Shown piece by piece: positions 12,142-26,147 of a stretch of 64,000 bases of DNA. Origin of the DNA: Strigamia acuminata (Eukaryota); assembly GCA_949358305.1 (NCBI GenBank), contig OX442314.1, forward strand, positions 1,240,001 to 1,304,000, read 5' to 3'. Each line of letters begins with the position of its first letter. The stretch's first letter is position 1. The position numbers and the translations under genes are program-made. A model generated the notes under the pieces. That model searched no databases. It saw nothing but the letters and a program-made list of their open reading frames with translations, and was not told where the DNA came from.

Positions 12142-12747
12142 TCACCTGAATAACATTTACCTAAACATTAAAAAGTTTTGCATTGTTACACTCTAATCGT
12201 TGATTTCTGCTTTTATTTGTTTATTTTAATTTGGATTTTAAAAAAAGATTGGTGTTTTTTTCTATTTTAATTGAAAAGTTCAGAAAACAAAGATCTGTTA
12301 AATTGTACTCCGTAATATTATTCTCGCTTGTATCCATGTTTTAACGTCCGGAAAACATTTGAAACCTGTATAAAATACTTGAGAAAACTTACATTTGTGA
12401 CTGAAATAGTTGACAGTGCGTTCAAATCTGGAAAATTGTTCAAGCCCATTAAATAAAATTAATCATTTTTTGTTATTCCAAGTCATGTGTTTTTAAGTGT
12501 TTTAAAGTTACATTTTGTGTTTAATCATTTAAAAAAAAAAAGATTTTCTCATTTTTCTCTATTTGTTTATAAATTTTTCCATTTGTCTTGATCTGAATCA
12601 CATTTTGCCGTTTTTCTTCAGTTTAAACCACATTTTGTCGTTTTTCTTCACGTTTAATCACATTTTGTTGTTCTTCCTTTTTATTTGGCTTCATAACAAC
12701 AATACATCTTTTTGCGCCTGGAATGGCATTTGTTTATTCAAAGGTGT

Positions 12748-13331
12748 TGTGACTGATTTGGTCTTCGCCAGGGCAATTAGGGAACTAATTACACTGGTGT
12801 GGGACGCATATTCACGTAAAATAACGGAGACTCCCTAATATTGGTTGGTTGGCCTTTATTATGTTGTCTAGGGGTATGGGGAATCCCGTTACCCGTTGCA
12901 GAGGTGCCACGAAGGCACACCGCACCGGCAACCGACCCGTCACACACTGGGCGAGAGCCCAATGGGTAACATGGTCGGTTCAACATTACATTCATGTCGC
13001 ACTCACCTACGACCCGCAGTAGCCATTCATGGAGGCGCGCATCATGGAAACCGCCATGACACTGAGCGTCTCTGTGGTGAATGGGAAGGAGTGCAGAGTC
13101 CACACAGCCGGGACACGTCTTGTCCCCTTGATGGTTACACACACCTCGGACTCTCTACACACGACCGTCCTGGTCGGTGTCCGCACTCTCTCTCTCTGCA
13201 TCTCTTCCCCACACCACTCTGCTCCCTCCTCCCCCAGGCTAGATCACTTCACCCAATGAGGGGGTGACCTTAGGGCCGTAAGGCAGTGTGTGGTAGTGAA
13301 GTGAGTCACCCTGGGTGGCCAGACAGTCACA
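12748..13331 (-). mobile_element. Solo LTR (Gypsy-like, 584 bp)
   Basis: Terminal inverted repeats TGTGACTG...CAGTCACA; 4-bp TSD GTGT at 12744-12747 and 13332-13335; AATAAA on the minus strand; homologous to 29924-30502. Confidence 0.85.
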
Positions 13332-13592
13332 GTGTATTTTTTTGCTAGTTTATAATTGTACTTATTTTTTTAATCCAAACAACGCAATTCATTACAGTTT
13401 GTTATTTTCATCGAGCAGGAATAAATGGGATAATCATTTAAACCATAATTTGTTTTTGTCTACACTTGGCTACGATATTAGTAATTAAATAAAAGTAATA
13501 AAATAACCGACTTTAATTGCTGTTTCAATTAAAAATCTCCATAGTCCATGTAAACTATTGTTTTATGTTGGTTTAGTTTGGTTTTATTGAAA

Positions 13593-14074
13593 TAAAAATT
13601 GTCATTTTATCTAAAAATTGTCATTTTATCTAAAAATTGTCATTTTATCTAAACATTGTCATTTTATCTAAAAATTGTCATTTTATCTAAAAATTGTCAT
13701 TTTATCTAAAAATTGTCATTTTATCTAAAAATTGTCATTTTATCTAAAAATTGTCATTTTATCTAAAAATTGTCATTTTATCTAAAAATTGTCATTTTAT
13801 CTAAAAATTGTCATTTTATCTAAAAATTGTCATTTTATCTAAAAATTGTCATTTTATCTAAAAATTGTCATTTTATCTAAAAATTGTCATTTTATCTAAA
13901 AATTGTCATTTTATCTAAAAATTGTCATTTTATCTAAAAATTGTCATTTTATCTAAAAATTGTCATTTTATCTAAAAATTGTCATTTTATCTAAAAATTG
14001 TCATTTTATCTAAAAATTGTCATTTTATCTAAAAATTGTCATTTTATCTAAAAATTGTCATTTTATCTAAAAAT
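13593..14074. repeat. 19-bp minisatellite (TAAAAATTGTCATTTTATC), ~25 near-identical copies
   Basis: Directly visible tandem array. Confidence 0.95.
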
Positions 14075-16858
14075 GAAATCGAAATCCGCATTTCGGGGGT
14101 GACTATTCTGGGAATTCCGGGTGGACCATACTCTTCCGAAAAATGTCCGGGGTGGTGTTGGGAGTGTCGATAGACTGTTTTGTGTCAAGGTTGCCAATTT
14201 TCATGTAAGTATTGGAAGGTTCATTTCTGTGCATTCTCATATATTTTTTTCACAGGAGCAACGAGGCGCGATGAAGGGGGATCAAGCGAGAGTGAATAAA
14301 ATAAACTCGTTTTTGTCTCAAATGCGCGTTTGCGTTTGTAAATTTGGTTGTCTTGCAACGCGGTGGCGCGTTTGAGTTTCGTGTTGCGATACAAACACGC
14401 ACGGGTGCGTATTGGAGTCGTAAACGACTTTCTGTCGCAATGCAATCGCGTATTTGACAAATTTCTGCAGATTTTTGCCAATATTTGACAATTTTCAGAC
14501 AAATTTCAATTAATTTTAGAAATTTTTGAGAGATTTCAATAAAAGTTTGAGGAATTTCTTATGCTGACGCTAAAATGCCAAAAGGAGTCTTAACTCAGAA
14601 GAGCACCTTTCCGACCACTTAGGTGTCGGAAAAGCACTTCCAAAGGTCGCAAAACGTGCTCTACGCGTTTTTTGACACTAGAACGGTCGAAAACGAGTCT
14701 AAAACTGCTAAGCTGGCGCCTGTAACTTGGCGCATTCGCTGGGTCGCTCGAAAATGAGATTCGAGCGAACCGAAACCTATGAGAGAAACGCGCCGGCGGA
14801 AATATTCGTTTTTACCAATGAATACTTAATAAATCTTCATGGGAATTTAATCCCAATCTACTGTAGGCTTAGGAACCTTGAATACCAAATAAAAACAAAG
14901 GAGCAAAGGCGGGAAACAAAGAACAAGGGCCCGACGCCCGTAAATCACCAAAATGGCTATCTGCCAGACACGCTAGTGGCCTTGAGCCACTTCTAACTTC
15001 GTTTTCGAGGTCGTGGGTCTCGAAAACGACTAAACCGAGTGGTGGGAACGATTCCCCGAGGTCTTTTTAGTCAATGTCGCCCAAAACCCGAATCAACAAG
15101 CTAACTTTCAACGAGAAACGAAGACTGGAGCCGAATGCGGTGATAAGCGCTCATTCCAGACTCGTGTAAGCGATCTCCGCTTAAAGCCAGTTGCTCTGAG
15201 CAGACGACGCAATCGCTTACCAAGGAAAAAGACGGGTTTATGGGCTCAAAACCCGACGAAACACTTAAACAGGATCCAGAAATTACCAAGCGAGTTGGTA
15301 AGCTAAACTAAAACTGTAAAATAAGTTGGGGACTTGGTAAAATGCGAGTCTCTCAAACTTTTGTTGCGTCCTGCTCGCAACACGCGCGATGTACGCGCGT
15401 GGCCGCGTGTTGAACGTGCGCACTACGCGCAAGAACCGTACAAACCGAGGTAAAACGAATTAAACACATATCTAATGCAAAAACAATTATTAAATACATC
15501 ATTCTTGTTGCTGTTTGCAAACTTGCAAAACTTGCACCGAATTTGGGCAATTTTTTACAAATTTCAGCAGATTTTTGCCTATATTTGACAAATTTCAGAA
15601 GATTTCCTCAATCCTCAAACATTTGCTGAAATTTCTCATAAAATTTCTAAAATTAATTGAAATTTGTCTGAAATTTGTCTGGAATTTGTCAAATATTGTC
15701 AAAAATCCGTGGAAATTTGCCAAATACTGGCAAAAATCCATGTAAATTTGTCAAAAATTGCCATAATTCGGTGCAAATTGTGTTAGATATTGGAAAAATT
15801 TATTTTAACGCTTCCAACGCGCCAGTAAATCGCGCGTGCACACGCATGGATTTTTCGTCATAGTTGGATGCGCGCAAACCTCACGTAACTTGCGCCAAAA
15901 TTTGGCAATTTTTGACAAATTTCAGCAGATTTTTGCCAGTATTTGACAAATTTCCACTGATTTTTGACAATATTTGACCCAACAACTGCGCCACGTTCCA
16001 GGCGCCGGTTTAGGCATTTCAGACCCGTTTTAGATGGCGAAAACGTTCTCTCCATCATTTTCTACCCCTGGGTGAGGTTTTCAGCGTTCATGATTGATGA
16101 AAAAGCTGTTTTCTAACTAGCTGTCCCATTGCTAGTTTTGGCGTCAGGTTTTAGCAACCTTCCAATCCGACTCTGTCGTCTGCACGACCTCCAAGACCGT
16201 TTTAGGGTTAATTTGAGTCAAATAATTCATTCTGGGGGTTGTTTTGGGTTTTTTACAAGTGTGTTTTTGTAGTTTTTATTGGTTTCAAACATTGTCAATT
16301 CTTTATACAAGTGTAACTTTCATTTCTCTGTATTTTGAGAACTTTGCATTGCAGCAAAGTTCATTTCTTGCCCCTTAATTATTGTGTAATTGTTGGTTTT
16401 CAAGCCCGTTTTTTAACAATAACTTTATTTGAAGTGCCTATTGTTTCAGTCACGTGCTTCCACGTGCCTTTTATTGTTGAGCAATTTCTTGGGCAGTTGC
16501 GCTCCTGTTGCTAGCATTGCCGCGCGTTCTCCGCGCGTGTACTCGCGCGTTTCGCATCACACACATTCGGGTTCAATGGCCTATCGCGGCGGCACATTGT
16601 GTGGCATAGCGCGGCACGTTGCAATTACGTGACGTGGCACGTTGCTGTTACGTGACGCGATAGCCAGTATTTAAGCAGGGGATTCCATCATCGTTTACAC
16701 AAATGCGCATTGCAACGTGGAGGCGCATTCGAGTCCTTTTCCCAAGCGTTGAAAAAGGACAAAACTCGTATTCGATTCGAAAGCGAATCGAATACGATTT
16801 TTGTCCTTTTTCAACGCAAAATTGTATTCGATTCGCTTTCGAATCGAATACGAGTTTT

Positions 16859-17730
16859 GCCCTTCTTCAACGCGAAATCGTATTCGACTGGTTTTCGAGT
16901 CGAATACGAGTTTTGCCCTTCTTCAACGCGAAATCGTATTCGACTCGTTTTCGAGTCGAATGCGAATTTTGCCCTTCTTCAACGCGAAATCGTATTCGAC
17001 TCGTTCGAGTCGAATGCGAATTTTGCCCTTCTTCAACGCGAAATCGTATTCGACTCGTTTTCGAGTCGAATGCGAATTTTGCCCTTCTTTAACGCGAAAT
17101 CGTATTCGACTCGTTTTCGAGTCGAATGCGAATTTTGCCCTTCTTCAACGCGAAATCGTATTCGACTCGTTTTCGAGTCGAGTGCGAATTTTGCCCTTCT
17201 TCAACGCGAAATCGTATTCGACTCGTTTTCGAGTCGAGTACGAATTTTGCCCTTCTTCAACGCGAAATCGTATTCGACTCGTTTTCGAGTCGAATGCGAA
17301 TTTTGCCCTTCTTCAACGCGAAATCGTATTCGACTCGTTTTCGAGTCGAGTACGAATTTTGCCCTTCTTTAACGCGAAATCGTATTCGACTCGTTTTCGA
17401 GTCGAATGCGAATTTTGCCCTTCTTCAACGCGAAATCGTATTCGACTCGTTTTCGAGTCGAGTGCGAATTTTGCCCTTCTTCAACGCGAAATCGTATTCG
17501 ACTCGTTTTCGAGTCGAGTACGAATTTTGCCCTTCTTCAACGCGAAATCGTATTCGACTCGTTTTCGAGTCGAATGCGAATTTTGCCCTTCTTCAACGCG
17601 AAATCGTATTCGACTCGTTTTCGAGTCGAGTACGAATTTTGCCCTTCTTCAACGCGAAATCGTATTCGACTCGTTTTCGAGTCGAGTACGAATTTTGCCC
17701 TTCTTCAACGCGAAATCGTATTCGACTCGC
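16859..17730 (+). repeat. 56-bp minisatellite with internal hairpin, ~16 copies (left palindrome arm)
   Basis: Unit GCCCTTCTTCAACGCGAAAT-CGTATTCGACTCG-TTTT-CGAGTCGAATGCG-AATTTT; the units abut with no spacers. Confidence 0.95.
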
Positions 17731-18419
17731 TTTCGAATCGTATACGAGATGGTCGATTTTTGTTTCCCGGACTTTGATTCGTATTCGAGTTGTTACGAGT
17801 TCGTATTTTGATCGTATTCGTATTCGAATCGAATTCGAATCGTATTCGAATCGAATACGAATCGAATTCGAGTCGTATTCGAGATGGTCGATGATTTCCA
17901 CTCGCTCGTATACGCGTTGTATACGAGCTCGTATTTTGATCGTAATCGTAAACGAATCGTTTACAAGTCGTATACAAGTTGTATACGACGTGTATACACC
18001 TCGTATACGAACGAAGTTTGGAAAATCCACCGGATACTTACTACGACATGAAAACACATAGTAGTCACATACGTCTTATTTGGAAATTGTGTTTTCACAA
18101 ACTTCGTTCGTATACGAGGTGTATACACGTCGTATACAACTTGTATACGACTTGTAAACGATTCGTTTACGATTACGATCAAAATACGAGCTCGTATACA
18201 ACGCGTATACGAGCGAGTGGAAATCATCGACCATCTCGAATACGACTCGAATTCGATTCGTATTCGATTCGAATACGATTCGAATTCGATTCGAATACGA
18301 TTCGAATTCGATTCGAATACGAATACGATCAAAATACGAACTCGTAACAACTCGAATACGAATCAAAGTCCGGGAAACAAAAATCGACCATCTCGTATAC
18401 GATTCGAAAGCGAATCGAA

Positions 18420-19020
18420 TACGATTTCACGTTGAAGAAGGGCAAAATTCGTACTCGACTCGAAAACGAGTCGAATACGATTTCGCGTTGAAGAAGGGCA
18501 AAATTCGTACTCGACTCGAAAACGAGTCGAATACGATTTCGCGTTGAAGAAGGGCAAAATTCGTACTCGACTCGAAAACGAGTCGAATACGATTTCGCGT
18601 TGAAGAAGGGCAAAATTCGTACTCGACTCGAAAACGAGTCGAATACGATTTCGCGTTGAAGAAGGGCAAAATTCGTACTCGACTCGAAAACGAGTCGAAT
18701 ACGATTTCGCGTTGAAGAAGGGCAAAATTCGCATTCGACTCGAAAACGAGTCGAATACGATTTCGCGTTGAAGAAGGGCAAAATTCGCATTCGACTCGAA
18801 AACGAGTCGAATACGATTTCGCGTTGAAGAAGGGCAAAATTCGCATTCGACTTGAAAACGAGTCGAATACGATTTCGCGTTGAAGAAGGGCAAAATTCGC
18901 ATTCGACTCGAAAACGAGTCGAATACGATTTCGCGTTGAAGAAGGGCAAAATTCGCATTCGACTCGAAAACGAGTCGAATACGATTTCGCGTTGAAGAAG
19001 GGCAAAACTCGTATTCGATT
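18420..19020 (-). repeat. Same 56-bp minisatellite in inverted orientation, ~11 copies (right palindrome arm)
   Basis: GAAGAAGGGCAAAATTCG units at 56-bp spacing from ~18434 to ~18994. Confidence 0.95.
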
Positions 19021-19235
19021 CGAAAGCGAATCGAATACAATTTTGCGTTGAAAAAGGACAAAAATCGTATTCGATTCGAAAGCGAATCGAATACGAGTTT
19101 TGTCCTTTTTCAACGCTTGGGAAAAGGACTCGAATGCGCCTCCACGTTGCAATGCGCATTTGTGTAAACGATGATGGAATCCCCTGCTTAAATACTGGCT
19201 ATCGCGTCACGTAACAGCAACGTGCCACGTCACGT

Positions 19236-22200
19236 AATTGCAACGTGCCGCGCTATGCCACACAATGTGCCGCCGCGATAGGCCATTGAACCCGAATGTG
19301 TGTGATGCGAAACGCGCGAGTACACGCGCGGAGAACGCGCGGCAATGCTAGCAACAGGAGCGCAACTGCCCAAGAAATTGCTCAACAATAAAAGGCACGT
19401 GGAAGCACGTGACTGAAACAATAGGCACTTCAAATAAAGTTATTGTTAAAAAACGGGCTTGAAAACCAACAATTACACAATAATTAAGGGGCAAGAAATG
19501 AACTTTGCTGCAATGCAAAGTTCTCAAAATACAGAGAAATGAAAGTTACACTTGTATAAAGAATTGACAATGTTTGAAACCAATAAAAACTACAAAAACA
19601 CACTTGTAAAAAACCCAAAACAACCCCCAGAATGAATTATTTGACTCAAATTAACCCTAAAACGGTCTTGGAGGTCGTGCAGACGACAGAGTCGGATTGG
19701 AAGGTTGCTAAAACCTGACGCCAAAACTAGCAATGGGACAGCTAGTTAGAAAACAGCTTTTTCATCAATCATGAACGCTGAAAACCTCACCCAGGGGTAG
19801 AAAATGATGGAGAGAACGTTTTTGCCATCTAAAACGGTCTAAAACGGGTCTAAAATGCCTAAACCGGCGCCTGGAACGTGGCGCAGTTGTTGGGTCAAAT
19901 ATTGTCAAAAATCAGTGGAAATTTGTCAAATACTGGCAAAAATCTGCTGAAATTTGTCAAAAATTGCCAAATTTTGGCGCAAGTTACGTGAGGTTTGCGC
20001 GCATCCAACTATGACGAAAAATCCATGCGTGTGCACGCGCGATTTACTGGCGCGTTGGAAGCGTTAAAATAAATTTTTCCAATATCTAACACAATTTGCA
20101 CCGAATTATGGCAATTTTTGACAAATTTACATGGATTTTTGCCAGTATTTGGCAAATTTCCACGGATTTTTGACAATATTTGACAAATTCCAGACAAATT
20201 TCAGACAAATTTCAATTAATTTTAGAAATTTTATGAGAAATTTCAGCAAATGTTTGAGGATTGAGGAAATCTTCTGAAATTTGTCAAATATAGGCAAAAA
20301 TCTTCTGAAATTTGTCAAATACAGGCAAAAATCTGCTGAAATTTGTCAAAAATTGCCCAAATTCCGTGCAAGTTTTGCAAGTTTTGCGCGCATCAAATCG
20401 TATGCGCGCCTATACTATTGCACGAGCGCATTGACGCGTGATGAACACCGACCACGTTTACGAAGTGAATTCGAGCTACAAAAGTATCGAGTCGCCATTC
20501 TATGATGGAAAAAAAAAATTAAGTGTAAACAAACAAAATAAAAACTTTAATATACAAGAAACGTACAATTCCACTCAACTTTGTTTCAAATTTTATTTAT
20601 TGGATCATTGAAAATAAACAGTAGTGTTGTGCACTGTACGCTTAAGTGTATACCGGCGATGCGTTGTTTTGTGGTGGGGATTTGCCTCGATAATTGATCT
20701 TTTCTCTTTGTTTGCAATATTTTTTTGGCCTTTTTTGTTGATTTTTCGGTTTGAAATTGTTTTTTTCCGGTGTAATTTAAGTGGTGGAAGGTTGTTGGCG
20801 TGTGTTGAGGGTAATTTTGGCGGTTTTTGGGTCGGGATTAGTGTTTTCTGCGATTTTTTATCGGTATTTGGGGTTTGATGCAGCGGATAGCGCATGCGAA
20901 TCGCCGTCGACCGTAGCATTAGCAATTGCAACGTGCCGCGCTATGCCACACAATGTGCCGCCGCGATAGGCCATCGAATCCGAATGTGTGTGATGCGAAA
21001 CGCGAGTACGCGCGCGGAGAACGCGCGGCAATGCTAGCAACAGGAGCGCAACTGCCCAAGAAATTGCTCAACAATAAAAGGCACGTGGAAGCACGTGCCT
21101 GAAACAATAGGCACTTCAAATAAAGTTATTGTTAAAAAACGGGCTTGAAAACCAACAATTACACAATAATTAAGGGGCAAGAAATGAACTTTGCTGCAAT
21201 GCAAAGTTCTCAAAATACAGAGAAATGAAAGTTACACTTGTATAAAGAATTGACAATGTTTGAAACCAATAAAAACTACAAAAACACACTTGTAAAAAAC
21301 CCAAAACAACCCCCAGAATGAATTATTTGACTCAAATTAACCCTAAAACAGTCTTGGAGGTCGTGCAGACGACAGAGTCGGATCGGAAGGTTGCTAAAAC
21401 CTGACGCCAAAACTAGCAATGGGACAGCTAGTTAGAAAACAGCTTTTTCATCAATCATGAACGCTGAAAACCTCACCCAGGGGTAGAAAATAATGGAGAG
21501 AACGTTTTCGCCATCTAAAACGGTCTAAAACGGGTCTAAAATGCCTAAACCGGCGCCTGGAACGTGGCGCAGTTGTTGGGTCAAATATTGTCAAAAATCA
21601 GTGGAAATTTGTCAAATACTGGCAAAAATCTGCTGAAATTTGTCAAAAATTGCCAAATTTTGGCGCAAGTTACGTGAGGTTTGCGCGCATCCAACTATGA
21701 CGAAAAATCCATGCGTGTGCACGCGCGATTTACTGGCGCGTTGGAAGCGTTAAAATAAATTTTTCCAATATCTAACACAATTTGCACCGAATTATGGCAA
21801 TTTTTGACAAATTTACATGGATTTTTGCCAGTATTTGACAAATTTCCACGGATTTTTGACAATATTTGACAAATTCCAGACAAATTTCAGACAAATTTCA
21901 ATTAATTTTAGAAATTTTATGAGAAATTTCAGCAAATGTTTGAGGATTGAGGAAATCTTCTGAAATTTGTCAAATATAGGCAAAAATCTTCTGAAATTTG
22001 TCAAATACAGGCAAAAATCTGCTGAAATTTGTCAAAAATTGCCCAAATTCCGTGCAAGTTTTGCAAGTTTTGCGCGCATCAAATCGTATGCGCGCCTATA
22101 CTATTGCACGAGCGCATTGACGCGTGATGAACACCGACCACGTTTACGAAGTGAATTCGAGCTACAAAAGTATCGAGTCGCCATTCTATGATGGAAAAAA

Positions 22201-23350
22201 AAAATTAAGTGTAAACAAACAAAATAAAAACTTTAATATACAAGAAACGTACAATTCCACTCAACTTTGTTTCAAATTTTATTTATTGGATCATTGAAAA
22301 TAAACAGTAGTGTTGTGCACTGTACGCTTAAGTGTATACCGGCGATGCGTTGTTTTGTGGTGGGGATTTGCCTCGATAATTGATCTTTTCTCTTTGTTTG
22401 CAATATTTTTTTGGCCTTTTTTGTTGATTTTTCGGTTTGAAATTGTTTTTTTCCGGTGTAATTTAAGTGGTGGAAGGTTGTTGGCGTGTGTTGAGGGTAA
22501 TTTTGGCGGTTTTTGGGTCGGGATTAGTGTTTTCTGCGATTTTTTATCGGTATTTGGGGTTTGATGCAGCGGATAGCGCATGCGAATCGCTGTCGACCGT
22601 AGCATTAGCAATTGCAACCTGCCGCGCTATGCCACACAATGTGCCGCCGCGATAGGCCATCGAATCCGAATGTGTGTGATGCGAAACGCGAGTACGCGCG
22701 CGGAGAACGCGCGGCAATGCTAGCAACAGGAGCGCAACTGCCCAAGAAATTGCTGAAACAATAGGCACTTCAAATAAAGTTATTGTTAAAAAACGGGCTT
22801 GAAAACCAACAATTACACAATAATTAAGGGGCAAGAAATGAACTTTGCTGCAATGCAAAGTTCTCAAAATACAGAGAAATGAAAGTTACACTTGTATAAA
22901 GAATTGACAATGTTTGAAACCAATAAAAACTACAAAAACACACTTGTAAAAAACCCAAAACAACCCCCAGAATGAATTATTTGACTCAAATTAACCCTAA
23001 AACAGTCTTGGAGGTCGTGCAGACGACAGAGTCGGATCGGAAGGTTGCTAAAACCTGACGCTAAAACTAGCAATGGGACAGCTAGTTAGAAAACAGCTTT
23101 TTCATCAATCATGAACGCTGAAAACCTCACCCAGGGGTAGAAAATGATGGAGAGAACGTTTTCGCCATCTAAAACGGTCTAAAACGGGTCTAAAATGCCT
23201 AAACCGGCGCCTGGAACGTGGCGCAGTTGTTGGGTCAAATATTGTCAAAAATCAGTGGAAATTTGTCAAATACTGGCAAAAATCTGCTGAAATTTGTCAA
23301 AAATTGCCAAATTTTGGCGCAAGTTACGTGAGGTTTGCGCGCATCCAACT
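19236..23350. repeat. ~1.69-kb tandem repeat, two full copies plus a truncated third
   Basis: AATTGCAAC.TGCCGCGCTATGCC recurs at 19236, 20924 and 22610; identical ORFs at 20605/22291, 20624/22310 and 20281/21967. Confidence 0.93.
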
Positions 23351-23770
23351 GAGAAAATAAAACGTGTGTGGAAGAGTAAATGTTCTTTGGTGATCGCCAT
23401 GAGTTCGTACTTTGTCGTGGGCGCGAAATGTGTGTGATATATATGCTACTATGCGTGATGTAGCGCCGTCAGCGCGTTTCAGCACGCGATGTAGCGCCCT
23501 GAGCGCGTCCAAATGCGTACAGGTGTTCGACAGATGTGCCAGGGCTTCACGTGCATACACGAAACATAAACATGAAGAAAACAGAAAAAACCGTTGTGTG
23601 TGATGTTTATAAAGACACATTACACAAAGAATACTACTCTTCATACAAAAAGCAATAAACTTTATACATATTGCAATAAACTTACAAAATGGTAAAAATA
23701 AAATACTGGAAAACATGGCCTTGAATAATAGTGGAAAACATGGCGTACTGCCTTGAATACCCCCTTGAAT

Positions 23771-24803
23771 ACGTCGCACCGCATCATCTCGCCTCACTTC
23801 CCGTCTTGGAAATAAATAAACGCCCCGGCGTTTATTCGAGGCAATGTCCAACTTGGGCTTTCATTCGCGCCTCACATCCCGCCTTGGTAATAAATAAACG
23901 CCCCGGCGTTTATTCGAGGCACATCACCCACACCTCCCCGGCGTTCAAACGAGTAGCTGCGCGTATTTGACCCCGGTTTTTATTCTTTCAAATTGTCGTG
24001 TGTTTTCAAAGTTCTTAATTTGTTCAAAAACAAACAAAATGGCTATTTGTTGATTTTTAATTGATTTTATCGATTTCTGTTCGTTTTTTGCTGGTTTTTA
24101 ATCGATTTTTCTGTATTTTTGATCAATTTTTGCCAATTGTAATCGTTATTTGTCATTCTGAATTGATTATTGTCAGGTTTCAGTCGATTTTTGTCGATTT
24201 CTGATCAATGTTTATACATTTCTTATCATTTTGTGTAGATTTCTGTTGAATTTTAATCATATTTCTTCGTTTTTATTCAATTTTTGTCCCATGCTCCGCG
24301 ATCAGTTCGAATAATTGACACCATACTGTGCTTTTACTCATATTCAAGATGGCGTCGCAAACTCAAGGTCGAATTCCGCTGAATTCATTTATTGCGACTG
24401 TTTGCGCTCCATACATGCGAAAAGGATTATGGGAAAAATCCTCAATGCAGGTCATTTTGGTGTCAAATGAGCGAGGAAGGCTGGAGATAAGGAAAATTGG
24501 TGAAATTTCAAAAAAAAGCTAAACAATCAAAATTTACATGAAGCTCAATTTTTCTAACTGGAAATGCATGTATCGTCAATTTCGGGATATTTTAGGGGTG
24601 AAATTGACTGGGAAGGGACCCCCACATTCCCCATGCGTCAACGCGCGCGTTGACGAAATTCAAATCCAGGTTTTCACACAGCCCCACGTTATTTTCGGGT
24701 TCCAATTGCCATATTGCCGTATTGCCTCAAATAAACGCCGGGGCGTTTATTAATTTTCATTAATTTTCCAGACCGGAAATGAGGCGAGGTGATGCGGTAC
24801 GAT
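23771..24803. mobile_element. Degenerate inverted-repeat element (MITE-like)
   Basis: ~75-bp imperfect inverted repeats at ~23771-23846 and ~24720-24803 containing AATAAACGCCCCGGCGTTTATT; ends and TSD not resolved. Confidence 0.5.
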
Positions 24804-25715
24804 GCAAAATTGCGAGATGTAGTTTGCTTTATTTGTTAAAACAAATTAGGCGTCACTAATTCACCTGTATTAGGGTTTCAATGTGTGAAATTTCAAAATT
24901 TATCGGTTCCGTCAAAACGCCATTGAAAAGTTACATTTTTATAACGTTTCAATGATGAAAACGGCCATTTTTGATGAAAAACAGCCATTTTTTATAGAAA
25001 AAACGACGAAGAAAGCCATTTTCACTATGAAAAATGGCTGAAAATGACCATTTTGACGAAAAACGGCCATTTTTACTACGAAAAATGGCTAAAAATGCCA
25101 CTTGAGTGAGTGCAAGTACATTTGGTGATGTACTATCGCGAGCGCGCGCGTTTTTGTGCAGTACAATGTGCTGATTAAACCAACAGCATTATAGAGTGAT
25201 TACATTGTTCATTTGTGTTTTTAAGTTACAAAATGGTACAAAATCATAAAATAAACTTGTAAAGTGCAATTTCTGCGGATTGATCAAAATCCGCAAAATC
25301 CGCCGCAAAATTGCGAACAGGGGATCAGCATATAGGCAGCCGTAATGTTAAAAATGGGGTCCCTTTCGCACTCCGCAAAATCCGCATGCGCGCCATAAGG
25401 TTAATTCGTCCAAATCAGAAGAGAAATGAATTGCTAATGGAGGTTTGTCTGTGGTTTGTGTGTTTGAATCGTTCAAGCCGGAGCAATTCCATGTGCTTTT
25501 ATCACGGTAATTCTATTTGTGTATTTCCTGTTTGTGCCAGGTTGGTTGCACTAGTCATTCCTGAATTTCAGATTGTGATACTTTATGAATTTTTTCAGCC
25601 GAACTTTTGTGGATTTCTTCACATGTACCAGTACGAGCTCGCGCGAGATTTTGCATGATTTTGTAAAATTTTGCTAGATTTTGTAAAATACCTGTAATAT
25701 TGGAACTTATATTAA

Positions 25716-26147
25716 CCCTTCCAACCCTAAGATGGGTCATTTTGTGACCCCATTTTAAAAAAATCATTATTTTTATGTGAAATAATTTTTTTTTTAATCT
25801 GATTTTTGCTGACTATTCCTTTGAAACATCAGTAGACACTATAACACAATTGAAATTTTTTTAATTTTTCAATTTTATCTGTAATTTGAACCCAAAGATT
25901 AACTGGGTCAAAAAAGACCCATCTTAGGAGTCTAAAGGACATAAATCATGATCATCAGCAGGCTCCGCTAATGTCAATCATGTCCACCACGTCCATATGG
26001 CGTTCACAACATGACGAGTCAATCTGACCCCATTGGCTAGATGTTCGGAATTCCCTAAAACCCGGATTTTGCGCATGCGCAGAATCTGGGTCATATAATG
26101 CCCATCTTAGGGAGAGATGAGAGGCAAATTCTTTCGGGTTGGAAGGG
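25716..26147. mobile_element. piggyBac-type MITE
   Basis: TTAA on both sides (25712-25715, 26148-26151); TIR CCCTTCCAACCC / GGGTTGGAAGGG; internal CCTAAGATGGG / CCCATCTTAGG repeats. Confidence 0.85.

Larger units (their letters stand above)
15517..20387. repeat. Giant inverted repeat (palindrome), arms ~15517-18020 and ~18098-20387, 77-bp spacer
   Basis: The arms are reverse complements (mirror ORFs 16429..16632+ / 19230..19433- and 15675..15863+ / 20009..20197- are identical); they differ in minisatellite copy number and a few indels. Confidence 0.95.

Noticed and set aside
16859..19020. CRISPR-like array of palindromic repeats
   Set aside because: Units abut with no unique spacers, there are no cas genes, and the context is eukaryotic.
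16703..19159. Long repetitive ORFs (up to 336 aa) on both strands
   Set aside because: By-products of a stop-poor 56-bp repeat read in several frames; no domain signature.
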